Shown here in pieces: positions 47,131 to 57,082 of a stretch of 64,000 bases of DNA. Under the pieces are notes generated by a model, which made no database searches, was not told the origin of the DNA, and worked only from the letters and a program-made list of their open reading frames with translations. The first letter of the stretch is position 1. Each line of letters opens with the position of its first letter. The stretch lies in IMG/VR virus record IMGVR_UViG_3300044693_000067, one strand, 5' to 3'. This DNA comes from an uncultured virus (IMG/VR IMGVR_UViG_3300044693_000067) (taxonomy: Duplodnaviria; Heunggongvirae; Uroviricota; Caudoviricetes). The position numbers and the translations under genes are program-made.

Positions 47131-47501
47131 GAAAACGCCCTCTCGATTCGACGCTTGATACAGGTCAGGTGTGTCTCATATGCCGCGGTCGAAATGTCGA
47201 GTCGCCGAGCCGCCGCCGCGATCCCTCCGCTATAGCGCGCATACTGCCACGGCGAAACATATTCAGCCTGCATCACCTTACGCTCCGTCTTGATTGATGA
47301 ATCGAATACGCGCTGCACAATTTGCGCATGCTCAACGTGAATTGGCGGCGGCTTGTTCGGATCTGTCTCCTCCTCGGACGCACGCTCTTGCAGGTATTGA
47401 AGCCCACAATGGTCCGGCTCAACCGGCCCAGGCTCCGGGCCGGAGCGACACCATCTCGCCCAATTGTTTAGCTCTTGCTCGATCCAATCCTTGCTCACCA
47501 T
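47127..47501 (-). CDS. Antiterminator Q-like protein
   Basis: LNNWARWC N-terminus, AAARRLDIS HTH; end of the delayed-early operon. Confidence 0.65.
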   Translation of the reverse strand: MVSKDWIEQELNNWARWCRSGPEPGPVEPDHCGLQYLQERASEEETDPNKPPPIHVEHAQIVQRVFDSSIKTERKVMQAEYVSPWQYARYSGGIAAAARRLDISTAAYETHLTCIKRRIERAFS

Positions 47502-47845
47502 TCACCTCACTAGATGTTGTGCGTGAGAACGCGATTGACGCGCTATATTGTACTTGAAACGAAACTCGTTAGCACTCCTAAATGCACGCGAAACGCCTTA
47601 AAATGAAGGCACTTTGTGCGGTGATACCGGGCCACCGTCATTCAGCAGTACTGCCAGTCGCAGCAGAACATTTGCGAGGTTGCAGAGTTCGTTTCGATCT
47701 GCCTCATTAGCAGGTATGGCGCGTATCGCATCGGTCAAATCTCCGACACGTCTGCATATCACGAGCCGTCTACCTCCGGCCGTCGAGAGCAAATCGAGCT
47801 CATTTCGCAATTTCTGTTCGTGCTCATCCCTAACGTCATCGTCTT

Positions 47846-48286
47846 TCAAGATTCTTCCATCCCTGTCTGGTTGAGAAATTCATAGCGCACGCGTGTTTCG
47901 GGTTCGGCCGTTTGCGCGACGTCCCACTCCGTCATGACCGGAGATTCGCTAACAACAAGCATCCCGCATGGCTTACCGGCAGGAGTTCTCGCGCATATTG
48001 CTTGTGTTTCGCCGTCGATAGCACTTGTCTTTCCACAATGAAATAGGCAGTGAAGTCGGCGATTGTCCAGCGAATATGGATCATCTCTATGGGGTGACTC
48101 CGCGCTTGGCGTCCTCATAGACAAACTACGCATCCGGTCAACGTCATAGAGCGGCGCATCGCTATAGGGCGAGGACACGCCAAGCAATTCCGCTTTCGGT
48201 GTTTGCGGTGCGTTTGCCCCACGCACAAGCAGAATGGCAATCGTCGCAGCTACGAAGATCCCGGCGATGAAGGCGAGGGCGATCAT
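47846..48286 (-). CDS. Membrane-anchored hypothetical protein
   Basis: N-terminal TM segment. Confidence 0.5.
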   Translation of the reverse strand: MIALAFIAGIFVAATIAILLVRGANAPQTPKAELLGVSSPYSDAPLYDVDRMRSLSMRTPSAESPHRDDPYSLDNRRLHCLFHCGKTSAIDGETQAICARTPAGKPCGMLVVSESPVMTEWDVAQTAEPETRVRYEFLNQTGMEES

Positions 48287-48696
48287 GCGGCCTCCAATTG
48301 TTTAGCGATTCGCTCGAAATAGAACGTGACCGCCTCGCCGTTTTCTTGAATAAGTCCGTATCGCTTCGCCAGCCGATATATTGGGTGGTAGGCATTGAGT
48401 GAATTGACGTGTCCCGCCAGCCACCCTCGCCATACCTCAAGCGCCATCGAACTTTTGCTGATGTTGCATGGCGGACATGAGGGCATGAAATTGCCGAGCA
48501 CATCCAAGTCCGGCTTCGTGGGCTTACCGCTTGCGAGACGGTACGTGCCGCGCTTCGTCTCCTTGATGATCAACTCTCGGATGACCGGTTCCACGTGGTC
48601 AGCGTGCCAACGCTCGGGCAACGACTCGCCGCAGTAGGCGCACCGACCATCGAACATCTGCCGAACGGTCTCACGTTGCGCTTTCGTCAATCGCAT
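48283..48696 (-). CDS. HNH endonuclease
   Basis: CAYCG...ADHVEP...NFMPSCPPCNISK. Confidence 0.85.
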   Translation of the reverse strand: MRLTKAQRETVRQMFDGRCAYCGESLPERWHADHVEPVIRELIIKETKRGTYRLASGKPTKPDLDVLGNFMPSCPPCNISKSSMALEVWRGWLAGHVNSLNAYHPIYRLAKRYGLIQENGEAVTFYFERIAKQLEAA

Positions 48697-48871
48697 CGCC
48701 CCTCCTAGTGCCCGCAGCACTGTTGATCTCGCTCGCGCGCCGTGCCGCAGGACAAACACACGACGATCTCTTCGTACTTCTCTTTCTCGCAGGCCATGAA
48801 GGCGCGGCCGTTTTCGTCGACGTGTAGATGCCCGCGCATCGGTGCTTCCTGCATGCAGCCGTCACATTGGT

Positions 48872-49480
48872 TTAGCATTTTGTTTCCTTTGCCGCATCGA
48901 TAGCGGCGTCGATCTCGATGTTGATTTCTTTGACTGCCTTCGGCCCGCAACTCATGACAGCGGAATAGAGCGTCTCTGCGTTATCCTCAAGCGACGTTGC
49001 CCAGCGATAGCGCTCCGCATCTTCTCGATACTCTTGTCCCTCATCCGACAGGAACGAACCAACTTCATCGGACCGAACGGGTAGCAGGTCGTCTGTCTTA
49101 GCGCGCGCTTCTAGTTCACCGCATGAGGCATCACTAAAGGCATCGAGGAAACGAACCGGCGCGTTCATCGTTCCGGCGAGTTGGTACGCTACTGCGCAAA
49201 GGGCTTGATAGCGATCCTCGTTTGCTTGCAGCCTGCGCACCTCGGCGATAAGGGAGAGGGCGACTTCGGGCGTGAAGTTCTCAAGCCACGAACCGACAGC
49301 AAATCCGAATAACAGATCCGGTTGACCGTCCTGATGCACGATAGGCTCAATGACGCGCACCTTCTCGCGCCCCTGATCGGCGAACACGCGACGCCAAGAG
49401 TTCGACGTCCATATCTCCCACTTTCCAGCGGGAGCGGCTTTCGCCAGCGCTTCTAGCTCGTCTAGTTGGGTGGGGGTCAT
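48872..49480 (-). CDS. Ead/Ea22-like protein
   Basis: LEALAKAAPAGKW...PEVALSLIAEVRRL; DAERYRW. Confidence 0.7.
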   Translation of the reverse strand: MTPTQLDELEALAKAAPAGKWEIWTSNSWRRVFADQGREKVRVIEPIVHQDGQPDLLFGFAVGSWLENFTPEVALSLIAEVRRLQANEDRYQALCAVAYQLAGTMNAPVRFLDAFSDASCGELEARAKTDDLLPVRSDEVGSFLSDEGQEYREDAERYRWATSLEDNAETLYSAVMSCGPKAVKEINIEIDAAIDAAKETKC

Positions 49481-50784
49481 GCTGCGTCCTTAGAAAATTC
49501 CTGCTCTCCGAGCAAGAGTGACAAATGCGTATGCAGCCTGAGCCGCCACGACTCCGTTTCCGACTTGACGGAGTTGGTGATTGCGGGATTCGTCCACCAG
49601 ATAGGCCATCCCATCAGCCAGCATGCGAACGCCGGGTTCAGTCGCCGGCGCAAGGTCCGGGCGGTCGGCGACAATTCGCGCCCATCGAGGATCGATTGGA
49701 CCGGGTGCAAAGAGCTCGTCATGTCGGCTGCCTGACCGGCCAGCACGATCCCGTGTCCCTTGCCATGTGTCGGAGCCATCTTCGTCGTGCGGTTGCTGTT
49801 CTCGCTGCTCGTTGGCGTGGCCCAATGCCTCACTTCCGATTCCAGCCCCACTTGACGCTTGCCGTTCTCCGTCTTGCCACGGCTCGCCACCACTTCCGCA
49901 GATACGGAGCGGCCACCGTTCGGAACATTGGGAGTTGACCATTGCGCAGTCATGCTCGGGAGCGTCAAATCGCCTTTGCTGCCCGCTTGATTCGGTCCAC
50001 CCTTCGTTCCATCGCTCGCTTTCGGCGTGGCCCAGTTCACTGCCGCAAGGGCTAGTGTCGGACGCACAGTGGCATTCGGCGAATCGCTGCGGTTCGTGCG
50101 CTCCATCGCGTTTGCGTCCGGGGTAGCCCACTGATGCACTTGCTTGGCAAACTCGCCGCCTGCGCCGATTTTGCCCGTCTCCGCTTCTATTCCCGACATT
50201 CCGAACGGAGTCAACCATGTCCCGCCATCCAAAGCAGAACCATCGATTGCGTTCGTGGTTGGCACCGACATCGGACGCGCGAATATGCATCCATTCCGCA
50301 TTCCACCCGCGGTCGGCCAGTTCTCCCAGGACTCGGGAGGCCGCGCGCTCTTCGAGTTCTCCTTCGGCTTCGTCCACAACGGTGGCGGTGGCAGAAGCGA
50401 TGCCTGTGACGTTCTCCAAAACGATGAATCCCGCACCGCAAGCGTCTGCAATGTCGGCAACGGTGAAGAAGAGTCCCGATCGCCTTCCGTCGAGTCCAGC
50501 GCGTCTGCCTGCAACCGAAAGGTCTTGGCATGGGAAACCGGCAACGACGCAATCCACGCGTCCGCGCCACGCTGCGCCATCGAAGGTGAGCAAGTCAGAC
50601 CAGATAGGCGCCGGATCAAGCGCTCCCGCCTCCATAAGCGCGACAAGTTGACCGGCTGCACTGGCTTCGCGCTCCACGTAACAAACGGTTCGATGTTCGA
50701 TGCCAAGAAACTCGCATGCGGCTCGGAAGCCTTCTCCGAGCATTCCGACGCCGGCGCACAACTCGATGGAATGAATAGCCACAT
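49477..50784 (-). CDS. Overlapping alternative-frame MTase subunit (motif IX)
   Basis: 435-aa open frame with repeated W(A/P/S/L)TP units and LNPAFACWLMGWP. Confidence 0.7.
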   Translation of the reverse strand: MWLFIPSSCAPASECSEKASEPHASFLASNIEPFVTWSAKPVQPVNLSRLWRRERLIRRLSGLTCSPSMAQRGADAWIASLPVSHAKTFRLQADALDSTEGDRDSSSPLPTLQTLAVRDSSFWRTSQASLLPPPPLWTKPKENSKSARPPESWENWPTAGGMRNGCIFARPMSVPTTNAIDGSALDGGTWLTPFGMSGIEAETGKIGAGGEFAKQVHQWATPDANAMERTNRSDSPNATVRPTLALAAVNWATPKASDGTKGGPNQAGSKGDLTLPSMTAQWSTPNVPNGGRSVSAEVVASRGKTENGKRQVGLESEVRHWATPTSSENSNRTTKMAPTHGKGHGIVLAGQAADMTSSLHPVQSILDGRELSPTARTLRRRLNPAFACWLMGWPIWWTNPAITNSVKSETESWRLRLHTHLSLLLGEQEFSKDAA

Positions 50785-50788
50785 TCAA
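49490..50788 (-). CDS. C5 cytosine DNA methyltransferase, large subunit
   Basis: LCAGVG, GFPCQDLS, LENV, HERNRWF, GNGVV. Confidence 0.9.
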   Translation of the reverse strand: MNVAIHSIELCAGVGMLGEGFRAACEFLGIEHRTVCYVEREASAAGQLVALMEAGALDPAPIWSDLLTFDGAAWRGRVDCVVAGFPCQDLSVAGRRAGLDGRRSGLFFTVADIADACGAGFIVLENVTGIASATATVVDEAEGELEERAASRVLGELADRGWNAEWMHIRASDVGANHERNRWFCFGWRDMVDSVRNVGNRSGDGQNRRRRRVCQASASVGYPGRKRDGAHEPQRFAECHCASDTSPCGSELGHAESERWNEGWTESSGQQRRFDAPEHDCAMVNSQCSERWPLRICGSGGEPWQDGERQASSGAGIGSEALGHANEQREQQPHDEDGSDTWQGTRDRAGRSGSRHDELFAPGPIDPRWARIVADRPDLAPATEPGVRMLADGMAYLVDESRNHQLRQVGNGVVAAQAAYAFVTLARRAGIF

Positions 50789-51396
50789 GCCGCCTCCCGA
50801 TTCATTTCAATCCGACGTTCCAACCTGCGAGCCTTCTTGTTCATAATCCGTTTGAGCCGTTGCAAATACTCAATCGACCACTTAGCGGTTCCTTGCATTG
50901 CTTCGATGCGCTCGACGAACTCAAAACCGCGGCGTTCGATGAGTCCCTTTCGAAAATCAGAATGCATGCCGCCCCTGTCTCGATTGCATTTTTTGCACTG
51001 CAACGCCAGATTGGGAAGAAAAAATCTGAGATGCGGGGCGCTTCCTACCGATCGAAAGTGACCTGCATCAAACGCTCCGCCGAACCTCGCTTGCAATTTG
51101 ATTCCGCACGAGATACACCCATGCCCATCACGAATGTCCCGCAGTCGGGCCACCTTGTTGACAATCACCTGGGCCTCGGCAATCCACTCGCGCCTAGTCT
51201 TCAGCTTTACCTTCGCCTCCCGCGTCGCCTTCCGTTCCTCGCGCGCTGCCTTAGCCTCTTTGCGAGCTGCCATCTTGCGGGCGTATTCGAGCGAGCAGGG
51301 CACCGAGCAAACCTTCGTCATCGCGCGGAACGGCGTGAAGATGCGCTTGCACACGGCGCAGGCTTTGGGTTTGAGAGGCTTGGACGCGATGGTCAT
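50785..51396 (-). CDS. ninG: NinG/Rap recombination endonuclease
   Basis: CAVC...CSVPC, RLRD...CISCG, DAGHFRSVGSAPHLRF, QCKKCN. Confidence 0.9.
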   Translation of the reverse strand: MTIASKPLKPKACAVCKRIFTPFRAMTKVCSVPCSLEYARKMAARKEAKAAREERKATREAKVKLKTRREWIAEAQVIVNKVARLRDIRDGHGCISCGIKLQARFGGAFDAGHFRSVGSAPHLRFFLPNLALQCKKCNRDRGGMHSDFRKGLIERRGFEFVERIEAMQGTAKWSIEYLQRLKRIMNKKARRLERRIEMNREAA

Positions 51397-51513
51397 TTCC
51401 TCACCCTGCATTCGAATACGTGCGTACCGATTAGAAATGAGCCCATGTAGGTGCATTCGGCCTGCACAGTCATGTATGCGATCGTCCATGCAGCGAAGAA
51501 AACGATGGCACCT

Positions 51514-51990
51514 TTAATCACGTTCGAACTCCATCAGTACGGCCTCGACCATCTGTTCCCGGCCTTCGTCATTCAGATGCGGCCATAGATACCGATAAGC
51601 CGTCGGCGAGCGCATGAATGCCTTGATGCCCTCATGGACGTCATGGAACTCAGTGTCGTCTAGCGCTTCATATGAGATCGACTTCGGCAGCGCGACAAGC
51701 GAGCCATCGGGACCAGGCATGAAGTCGACATGACCGGCTCCCACCTCCATCCACTTGCGCATACGATCTGCGTCGTCGAATACTTCCTGTGTGCCAAAGA
51801 ACGCGCCCAGCATCGCAAAGTGAAGTCGATGAAACTTCGGACTCCGCGGCAACTTGAAGTCGAACGCGAGCGTATCGCCGGGGCGCAAGTTATCGAGCTT
51901 CTTGCGAAACCGGCCGTAGGCGCGCGTGTCCTTTTCGGTTAGACCGGTCAGCTTGCCGCGCTCGTCGATGCGAAGGACGACTTTGCTCAT
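51514..51990 (-). CDS. DUF1367-like protein
   Basis: PRSPKFHR, PKSISYEALDDTEF. Confidence 0.7.
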   Translation of the reverse strand: MSKVVLRIDERGKLTGLTEKDTRAYGRFRKKLDNLRPGDTLAFDFKLPRSPKFHRLHFAMLGAFFGTQEVFDDADRMRKWMEVGAGHVDFMPGPDGSLVALPKSISYEALDDTEFHDVHEGIKAFMRSPTAYRYLWPHLNDEGREQMVEAVLMEFERD

Positions 51991-52153
51991 CCTCTGAACT
52001 CCGCGTGCGCCAACGTTTCCAACAACTCCACCGCATCTTTGATCTCACTGACGAGATTCATGGCGCGCGGATTCTCGCGAAAGCCCTTGGCCGACGCTTC
52101 TTCTAGCTGGCTGTGCATATGCTTGATGCGGACGATCATTTCTGCTGTGTTGG

Positions 52154-52660
52154 TCATGCTGACTCCGAGTTCGATACGGCGATTTGTCGAGCGTCGTGCT
52201 CACGCGCTGCGTGCTCAGCCATGCCATTGCTATCGGCGATAGTCCAGTGTTTAGGGTCTTTGCTGGCGTGAAGTTCTTTCAGGCGCGCGACGTGTGGCGT
52301 CAGTGAGTCAAGGAATTCGATGTAGCCGCCTGCAACTTGACGGTCATCGTTGAGCATGCCGGCCGCTTGAGCGTCGACAAGAATCGCGATGCAGGCTAGG
52401 GCGTGGGCGAAGTGGGGAAGGCCGCTATCGACGTCGTAGTCCTGGCCCTCGAACCACTTGTCGAGGTGTCGTTTTGCTGCGTCAACATAGATCGACGCCC
52501 GCACACCAGCGACGCGCCAGTTTGATCGGCCATACTTGAGCATGCCGTCGAGCAGCCCAAGGCAACCGAGTGCGCTTGCTGTTGCCGGCCAAAGATGGAG
52601 CGGCAGCTTTCCTGCCCCGATAGCGTCCTTAGGATTTTCCGCATTCGTTGCCTTGAGCAT
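52154..52660 (-). CDS. dATP/dGTP diphosphohydrolase-like protein (DUF5664)
   Basis: GMLKYGRSNWR, AAKRHL, DSGLPHFAHA. Confidence 0.8.
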   Translation of the reverse strand: MLKATNAENPKDAIGAGKLPLHLWPATASALGCLGLLDGMLKYGRSNWRVAGVRASIYVDAAKRHLDKWFEGQDYDVDSGLPHFAHALACIAILVDAQAAGMLNDDRQVAGGYIEFLDSLTPHVARLKELHASKDPKHWTIADSNGMAEHAAREHDARQIAVSNSESA

Positions 52661-52974
52661 TACGCCGCCTCCGCGATCAGATCCATCAAGCCGAAGATTT
52701 CGAGGCCAAGTTTCTGCGCCGCAAGATGCTCAATGCGCGCACCAAATGACGCCTCCCATCCGGGCAACATGCAGATCGCCGTGCAGCCTTCCATCGCGCG
52801 CAGATCGGCGGCGATGCAATGCAGCCAATGCGCCGTTTCATCGGGATTGACTTCTACCGGGTTCACGACTTCCCAGCGTAGGTTGCGAAGGCGCACTGCA
52901 GTTCGGTTAAAGAGCGGGAAATTGAACCGGTCGATCCCCGACATAGGACCACTGATGTAGATACGTCCTTTCAT
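52660..52974 (-). CDS. DUF4406 protein
   Basis: IYISGPMSG..FNFPLF, VVNP, LPGWEASFGARIE. Confidence 0.85.
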   Translation of the reverse strand: MKGRIYISGPMSGIDRFNFPLFNRTAVRLRNLRWEVVNPVEVNPDETAHWLHCIAADLRAMEGCTAICMLPGWEASFGARIEHLAAQKLGLEIFGLMDLIAEAA

Positions 52975-53360
52975 GCGGCCTCCCCGAAAAATGCAGCGAT
53001 GAACGGATCTCGCCTGACAACGACCGTCGACTTTGAGACGTATCGCTCATGAATCGGTATGCAGCGCCGCCCGCTTGCATCTCGCTTGTAGCGCTTCTTT
53101 GGCTTTCTCTCTCGCACGGCATCATCCCCGGGGCCGGAAACATATAAGGCGACCATATAGTTTTCTCGATCAGGATTGCGGTCGAACGAATCGATGTGGA
53201 CGAGCTTTTGCTCATGCAGTCGGCGCATGTACTTGTCGACGTTTTGCCTTACCACCCCCGAGATCTCGGCTAACCGATTCTTGGAAACCGGCCCATGCTT
53301 GGCGATCAGGCGAAGCAATTCCGACATGCGCGGAGTTACTTCCATTTTTTGGCGGCTCAT
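52971..53360 (-). CDS. Winged HTH protein
   Basis: GPVSKNRLAEISGV. Confidence 0.65.
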   Translation of the reverse strand: MSRQKMEVTPRMSELLRLIAKHGPVSKNRLAEISGVVRQNVDKYMRRLHEQKLVHIDSFDRNPDRENYMVALYVSGPGDDAVRERKPKKRYKRDASGRRCIPIHERYVSKSTVVVRRDPFIAAFFGEAA

Positions 53361-53391
53361 ACAGTCTCCTTCTCAAGTGCTTTAGCGGTCT

Positions 53392-53649
53392 TCATGCATC
53401 CACCGTTTCGACCAATTCGCCGACATAGGGATGCGGAATGCCGTGCTCGGCGCAGTACACGGCAAGTCCTCGACCATTGCTCTCGGCATACCCGGCCCGA
53501 TGGGCTTGGGCCAGTGACGTGAGGTAATGCGTGAATTCGGTAGGTGACTCGCGTAGCGCCGCCTTTACGTGGTCTTTGATCGCTTCTGACCACTCGTAGT
53601 ACCAAGCGAGGTACTTGAGGTCTTGGAGCATCTGAGGAGAGATTCGCAT
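53392..53649 (-). CDS. Hypothetical protein
   Basis: Abuts the helicase stop. Confidence 0.55.
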   Translation of the reverse strand: MRISPQMLQDLKYLAWYYEWSEAIKDHVKAALRESPTEFTHYLTSLAQAHRAGYAESNGRGLAVYCAEHGIPHPYVGELVETVDA

Positions 53650-54609
53650 TTAGAAATCCTCCAACTCGACCGCCGCGCCGTCGACCGGGTAACGGCGCGG
53701 ATTCTGTCCGCGGTGCTCGACGTATTGCATCGACGCACCATCGAACCAGAAACCGAAAACGCCTTCGTAGTCGCCGTTGCGCTGCTTCTCGAGCGACAGA
53801 TAGCAATCCGGCTCGCCCATCACCTCGTCTTCCTCGACCTTTTTGAGTTTCATCTTTCCGCTGCCGACCGCTTCTTTGCGCTTGTTGCGCCAGACGATGA
53901 AGAGGTTGTCAGCAAGGTCGGTGATTGACCCGCTACCCTTGATGTCAAACTTGCCCGGTCGATCGTATTCGCTACCGGCTTTCTTCACGTGTGCGATCAA
54001 GTGAATGTGCGCGCCGGTGTCCTGGGCGATAGCAGTCAGCGAATTCACGAAATCCTTCTGACCGTTGTAGTCGTCGTCGCCCGGGACACACTTCATGAGG
54101 TTGTCGATCATGAAATGCTGAATGCGGAAGTTCTCGACGGCGTAGCGGACAACGGCGAGCATCTTTTGCGGCTTCACGCTGCCCGTATGGTCGTAGAGCC
54201 ACAAGCGCTCATCAGTCCAGCTATGCATGCTGCGGATGAATTCTTGCGGGGGGCGTGCGTCGCCAGCCGCCTGCTTCGTCATGCGAAGCATCGTCTTTTC
54301 AGGCTTCATTTCGAGCGAGGCGATGCAGACGCGCTGGTTTTGCAGGCAAAGATCAAGGGCGACTTGGCTCGTCAACATCGATTTCCCGTGCCCATTTATG
54401 CCGCCCCATATCGTCAGTTCGCCATTGCGAAATGCAAACCGGCCTTCGGTCTTCTGCCACCCGAGCTGTACATCGGGAAGCGTGGCGCGGGTGTATAGCG
54501 CATCAATGACGCCTTGCTCCCATTCGCTCGCAGGACGGATCTTATGAACGTCTTCCGGCTCCGACATGTAATCGGACAGGTTGATTTTTTCGCCGTCGAT
54601 GATCTTCAT
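53650..54609 (-). CDS. SF4 (DnaB/T7 gp4-like) replicative helicase
   Basis: GINGHGKS, IASLEM, IDNL, IKGSGSITDLADN, KQR. Confidence 0.9.
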   Translation of the reverse strand: MKIIDGEKINLSDYMSEPEDVHKIRPASEWEQGVIDALYTRATLPDVQLGWQKTEGRFAFRNGELTIWGGINGHGKSMLTSQVALDLCLQNQRVCIASLEMKPEKTMLRMTKQAAGDARPPQEFIRSMHSWTDERLWLYDHTGSVKPQKMLAVVRYAVENFRIQHFMIDNLMKCVPGDDDYNGQKDFVNSLTAIAQDTGAHIHLIAHVKKAGSEYDRPGKFDIKGSGSITDLADNLFIVWRNKRKEAVGSGKMKLKKVEEDEVMGEPDCYLSLEKQRNGDYEGVFGFWFDGASMQYVEHRGQNPRRYPVDGAAVELEDF

Positions 54610-54610
54610 G

Positions 54611-55021
54611 TCAGAAACCCATTCTTGTGAATTCGCGCGTTTGCCAAGCGAACCAAGGGAGCAATTCGATCCCAAGAGACTTCGCTCGAGCCTTTCGCGT
54701 CGCCTCCGTCGCGTTGGCGGGAAAATCGAAATAGACTTGCGCGCCCGTCTTACGGTCGACGTCCCAAAGCGACAGCGACTTCGGGCACTCGTTGCGGATC
54801 GACTTCAGTTGCGCCGCCACGGGTTGCCCCTGACGAGCAAATGCAATCAAGTCCAGGCCAATGGCCCAGCGCCAGTCGTAATCGCGATCAGGGCGGGCAT
54901 ACACTGTGAACCCGTTATCCTCGTTCTCAATGCGGCCAATGAACGAGACGAGCACCCAAAGGGCAGGTTGCTTGCCTTGTTCGCGAAGGGCGGCGATTTG
55001 CGCTGCGTTGGCGGCCATCAC
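54611..55021 (-). CDS. Hypothetical protein in the replication module
   Basis: Between initiator and helicase genes. Confidence 0.6.
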   Translation of the reverse strand: MMAANAAQIAALREQGKQPALWVLVSFIGRIENEDNGFTVYARPDRDYDWRWAIGLDLIAFARQGQPVAAQLKSIRNECPKSLSLWDVDRKTGAQVYFDFPANATEATRKARAKSLGIELLPWFAWQTREFTRMGF

Positions 55022-55659
55022 AGGTATTTCTCCCCGCCAGCCGACGATTTCGCCGGCTTGTCATTGATCTTTGCCCAGTCATCACGGATGGCATTCATCA
55101 ACGCCGAATCCCAGTTCGCGTAGGTGTAACCCTTCGCTTCAGCCTTGCTCACGAACGACTTGAAATGCTCATCAAGGCGATCAAAACCCTCTTTAGCCGC
55201 CCAATCGATAACCCGCTGACTTACGCAGAAACCTTCGGGCATGGCCGTTTTTGGAGTTTTCGTGCGCGTAGCGCTCTTACTCTTATCTTCTCTATTCTTA
55301 TCTTCTCTACTCTGGGCCGTTTCAGTAACGTTACATGCCTGTTCCTGTAACTGTTTCTGTGCCTCGCGATGCTTGCGAACCCGCTCTGTGCTTGAGTCAG
55401 ACGCCTTTTGGCGCTTGTCCCACTGAAGGATCTCCCATCGCTCATCAATGAACTTTTTCTGCATGAAAAGGGCCTTCGTCTCCGCAAGCTGTGTTTCATC
55501 GATACGCAGTGCGAAACAGATGTCTTGTTCCTGTAACGTTTCAAGCGTGTTACTGCAACGGAAGCACATCAGCATGATTAGCCGACGTTGCATCGCCTCC
55601 GACATGCTTTGCACTTTCGGATCGGTAGCGAACTCGTGATACAGGCGAAACCAATCCAT
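55018..55659 (-). CDS. Replication initiator (O-like)
   Basis: WFRLYHEFATDPKV, WDKRQ..SDSSTERVRKHRE, C-terminal DnaT-like domain. Confidence 0.82.
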   Translation of the reverse strand: MDWFRLYHEFATDPKVQSMSEAMQRRLIMLMCFRCSNTLETLQEQDICFALRIDETQLAETKALFMQKKFIDERWEILQWDKRQKASDSSTERVRKHREAQKQLQEQACNVTETAQSREDKNREDKSKSATRTKTPKTAMPEGFCVSQRVIDWAAKEGFDRLDEHFKSFVSKAEAKGYTYANWDSALMNAIRDDWAKINDKPAKSSAGGEKYL

Positions 55660-56126
55660 TAATGGGCCTCAGGAGCCTTAGGGTTTGAAACCTTCGCCAC
55701 ATACCGCCGCAGCACTCGAATCGCCTCGCCAGCCATCCGCGTAGCCGGCGTATGCTCTTGGCACACCGACATTCGGTGCAGCAGTTCGGACAGGTGTGCA
55801 AGGTCGGGGTCTGGGATCGGGAAGACGTCGGGCGGCATCTTCATGGCCTGGATTGACCGCAACGTGCGTCCTCTCATAGCGGCCTCCGATACCGCGGCTT
55901 CTCGGTCATTCGAGCCAGCGACGCACAAAGCAGCGTAACGATTTGATCCTTCTGCGTCTTGCTGCGCGCTTCTCGAACCTTGCGGGCCAATTCGTCTTGC
56001 TCGATCCATTGCGACGGAGCGGGATTTAGGAGGTCGCGAGTCATCTCAGGTACTCCACCACCCAACAAAATGCCCATAGCGCAATACCAGCGGTTAGAGC
56101 GCCAGAGCAGAAGGCTATGAAGGTTT

Positions 56127-56879
56127 TCATGCGGACTCCATCAAGAGATCGGCTTGGCGTTGACGCTCGGCGAGGAGCCCCTGATAGGCCGGGTTCAACT
56201 CGCATCCAGCAAAGTGACGGCCGAGCGTTCGAGCTGCGATGGCAGTCGACCCGCTGCCCATGAAAGGGTCGATGACGATCCCGCCGGCAGGAACGGAATA
56301 GCGAATCAGCGGCGCGACGATGCCGAGCGGCTTTTGCGTCGGATGCAATGCGTTGCCGTGCTCGTTCGCGACGTCAAGAACGCTGACCTGCAGGCGTGGG
56401 CCACCGTCTTCGCTCACGTAGTGGCCTGAGTCGATATATCCGGTATGGGTCGGGCGCGTCTTGCGGCGAACGGTCTTGGCCGCGGCATCCAGCGTGTATT
56501 GCGGGTCCTTGTAGACGTCAGCCCACGCGCCGCGGTAGAACTGCACTGCGTGCTCGTGAACGCGGCGGAATCGATCATTCTGGAAGCCGGTGCCGTTCTG
56601 CTTGCGCCATACGATGTCTTGCGCGTACTTGAAGCCGAACGATTCCATTTCGTCGAACAGCGTCGCCACGAAACGCATACTGCCGAATACCCAGATCGAT
56701 GCAGCGGGCTTGAGGACGCGCGATACGTGGACAATCCAGCCTTCGCAGCGTCGATCCCATTCAAGCGACGTGTCGCCGTAGGGAGGATCTGTCACGCATG
56801 CCTCGGCGACACCTGCAGGCCATGCCGCCATGATCTGTCGGCAATCGCCAGGATGGCAGTGATCGAGCCAATCACTCAC
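56127..56879 (-). CDS. N6A/N4C DNA methyltransferase (beta class)
   Basis: TDPPY, HPTQKP, DPFMGSGST. Confidence 0.92.
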   Translation of the reverse strand: MSDWLDHCHPGDCRQIMAAWPAGVAEACVTDPPYGDTSLEWDRRCEGWIVHVSRVLKPAASIWVFGSMRFVATLFDEMESFGFKYAQDIVWRKQNGTGFQNDRFRRVHEHAVQFYRGAWADVYKDPQYTLDAAAKTVRRKTRPTHTGYIDSGHYVSEDGGPRLQVSVLDVANEHGNALHPTQKPLGIVAPLIRYSVPAGGIVIDPFMGSGSTAIAARTLGRHFAGCELNPAYQGLLAERQRQADLLMESA

Positions 56880-57082
56880 AGCGCACCCCAAGGCATCCAA
56901 AGCATGTAGACAAACACGATCCACAGTCCCATCTCACACCCCGTAATAGAGTCGTTCGAATGCAGCACACAATGCGGCGATGACCGGGTTATGGCCGACG
57001 ACGTAGCGGTTCAGGCGATAGCGGTTCTCGAACGTGCCGTGGTTCATCACCCGGGCACAGATCGTAAGTTTTTCGAGTGGAG

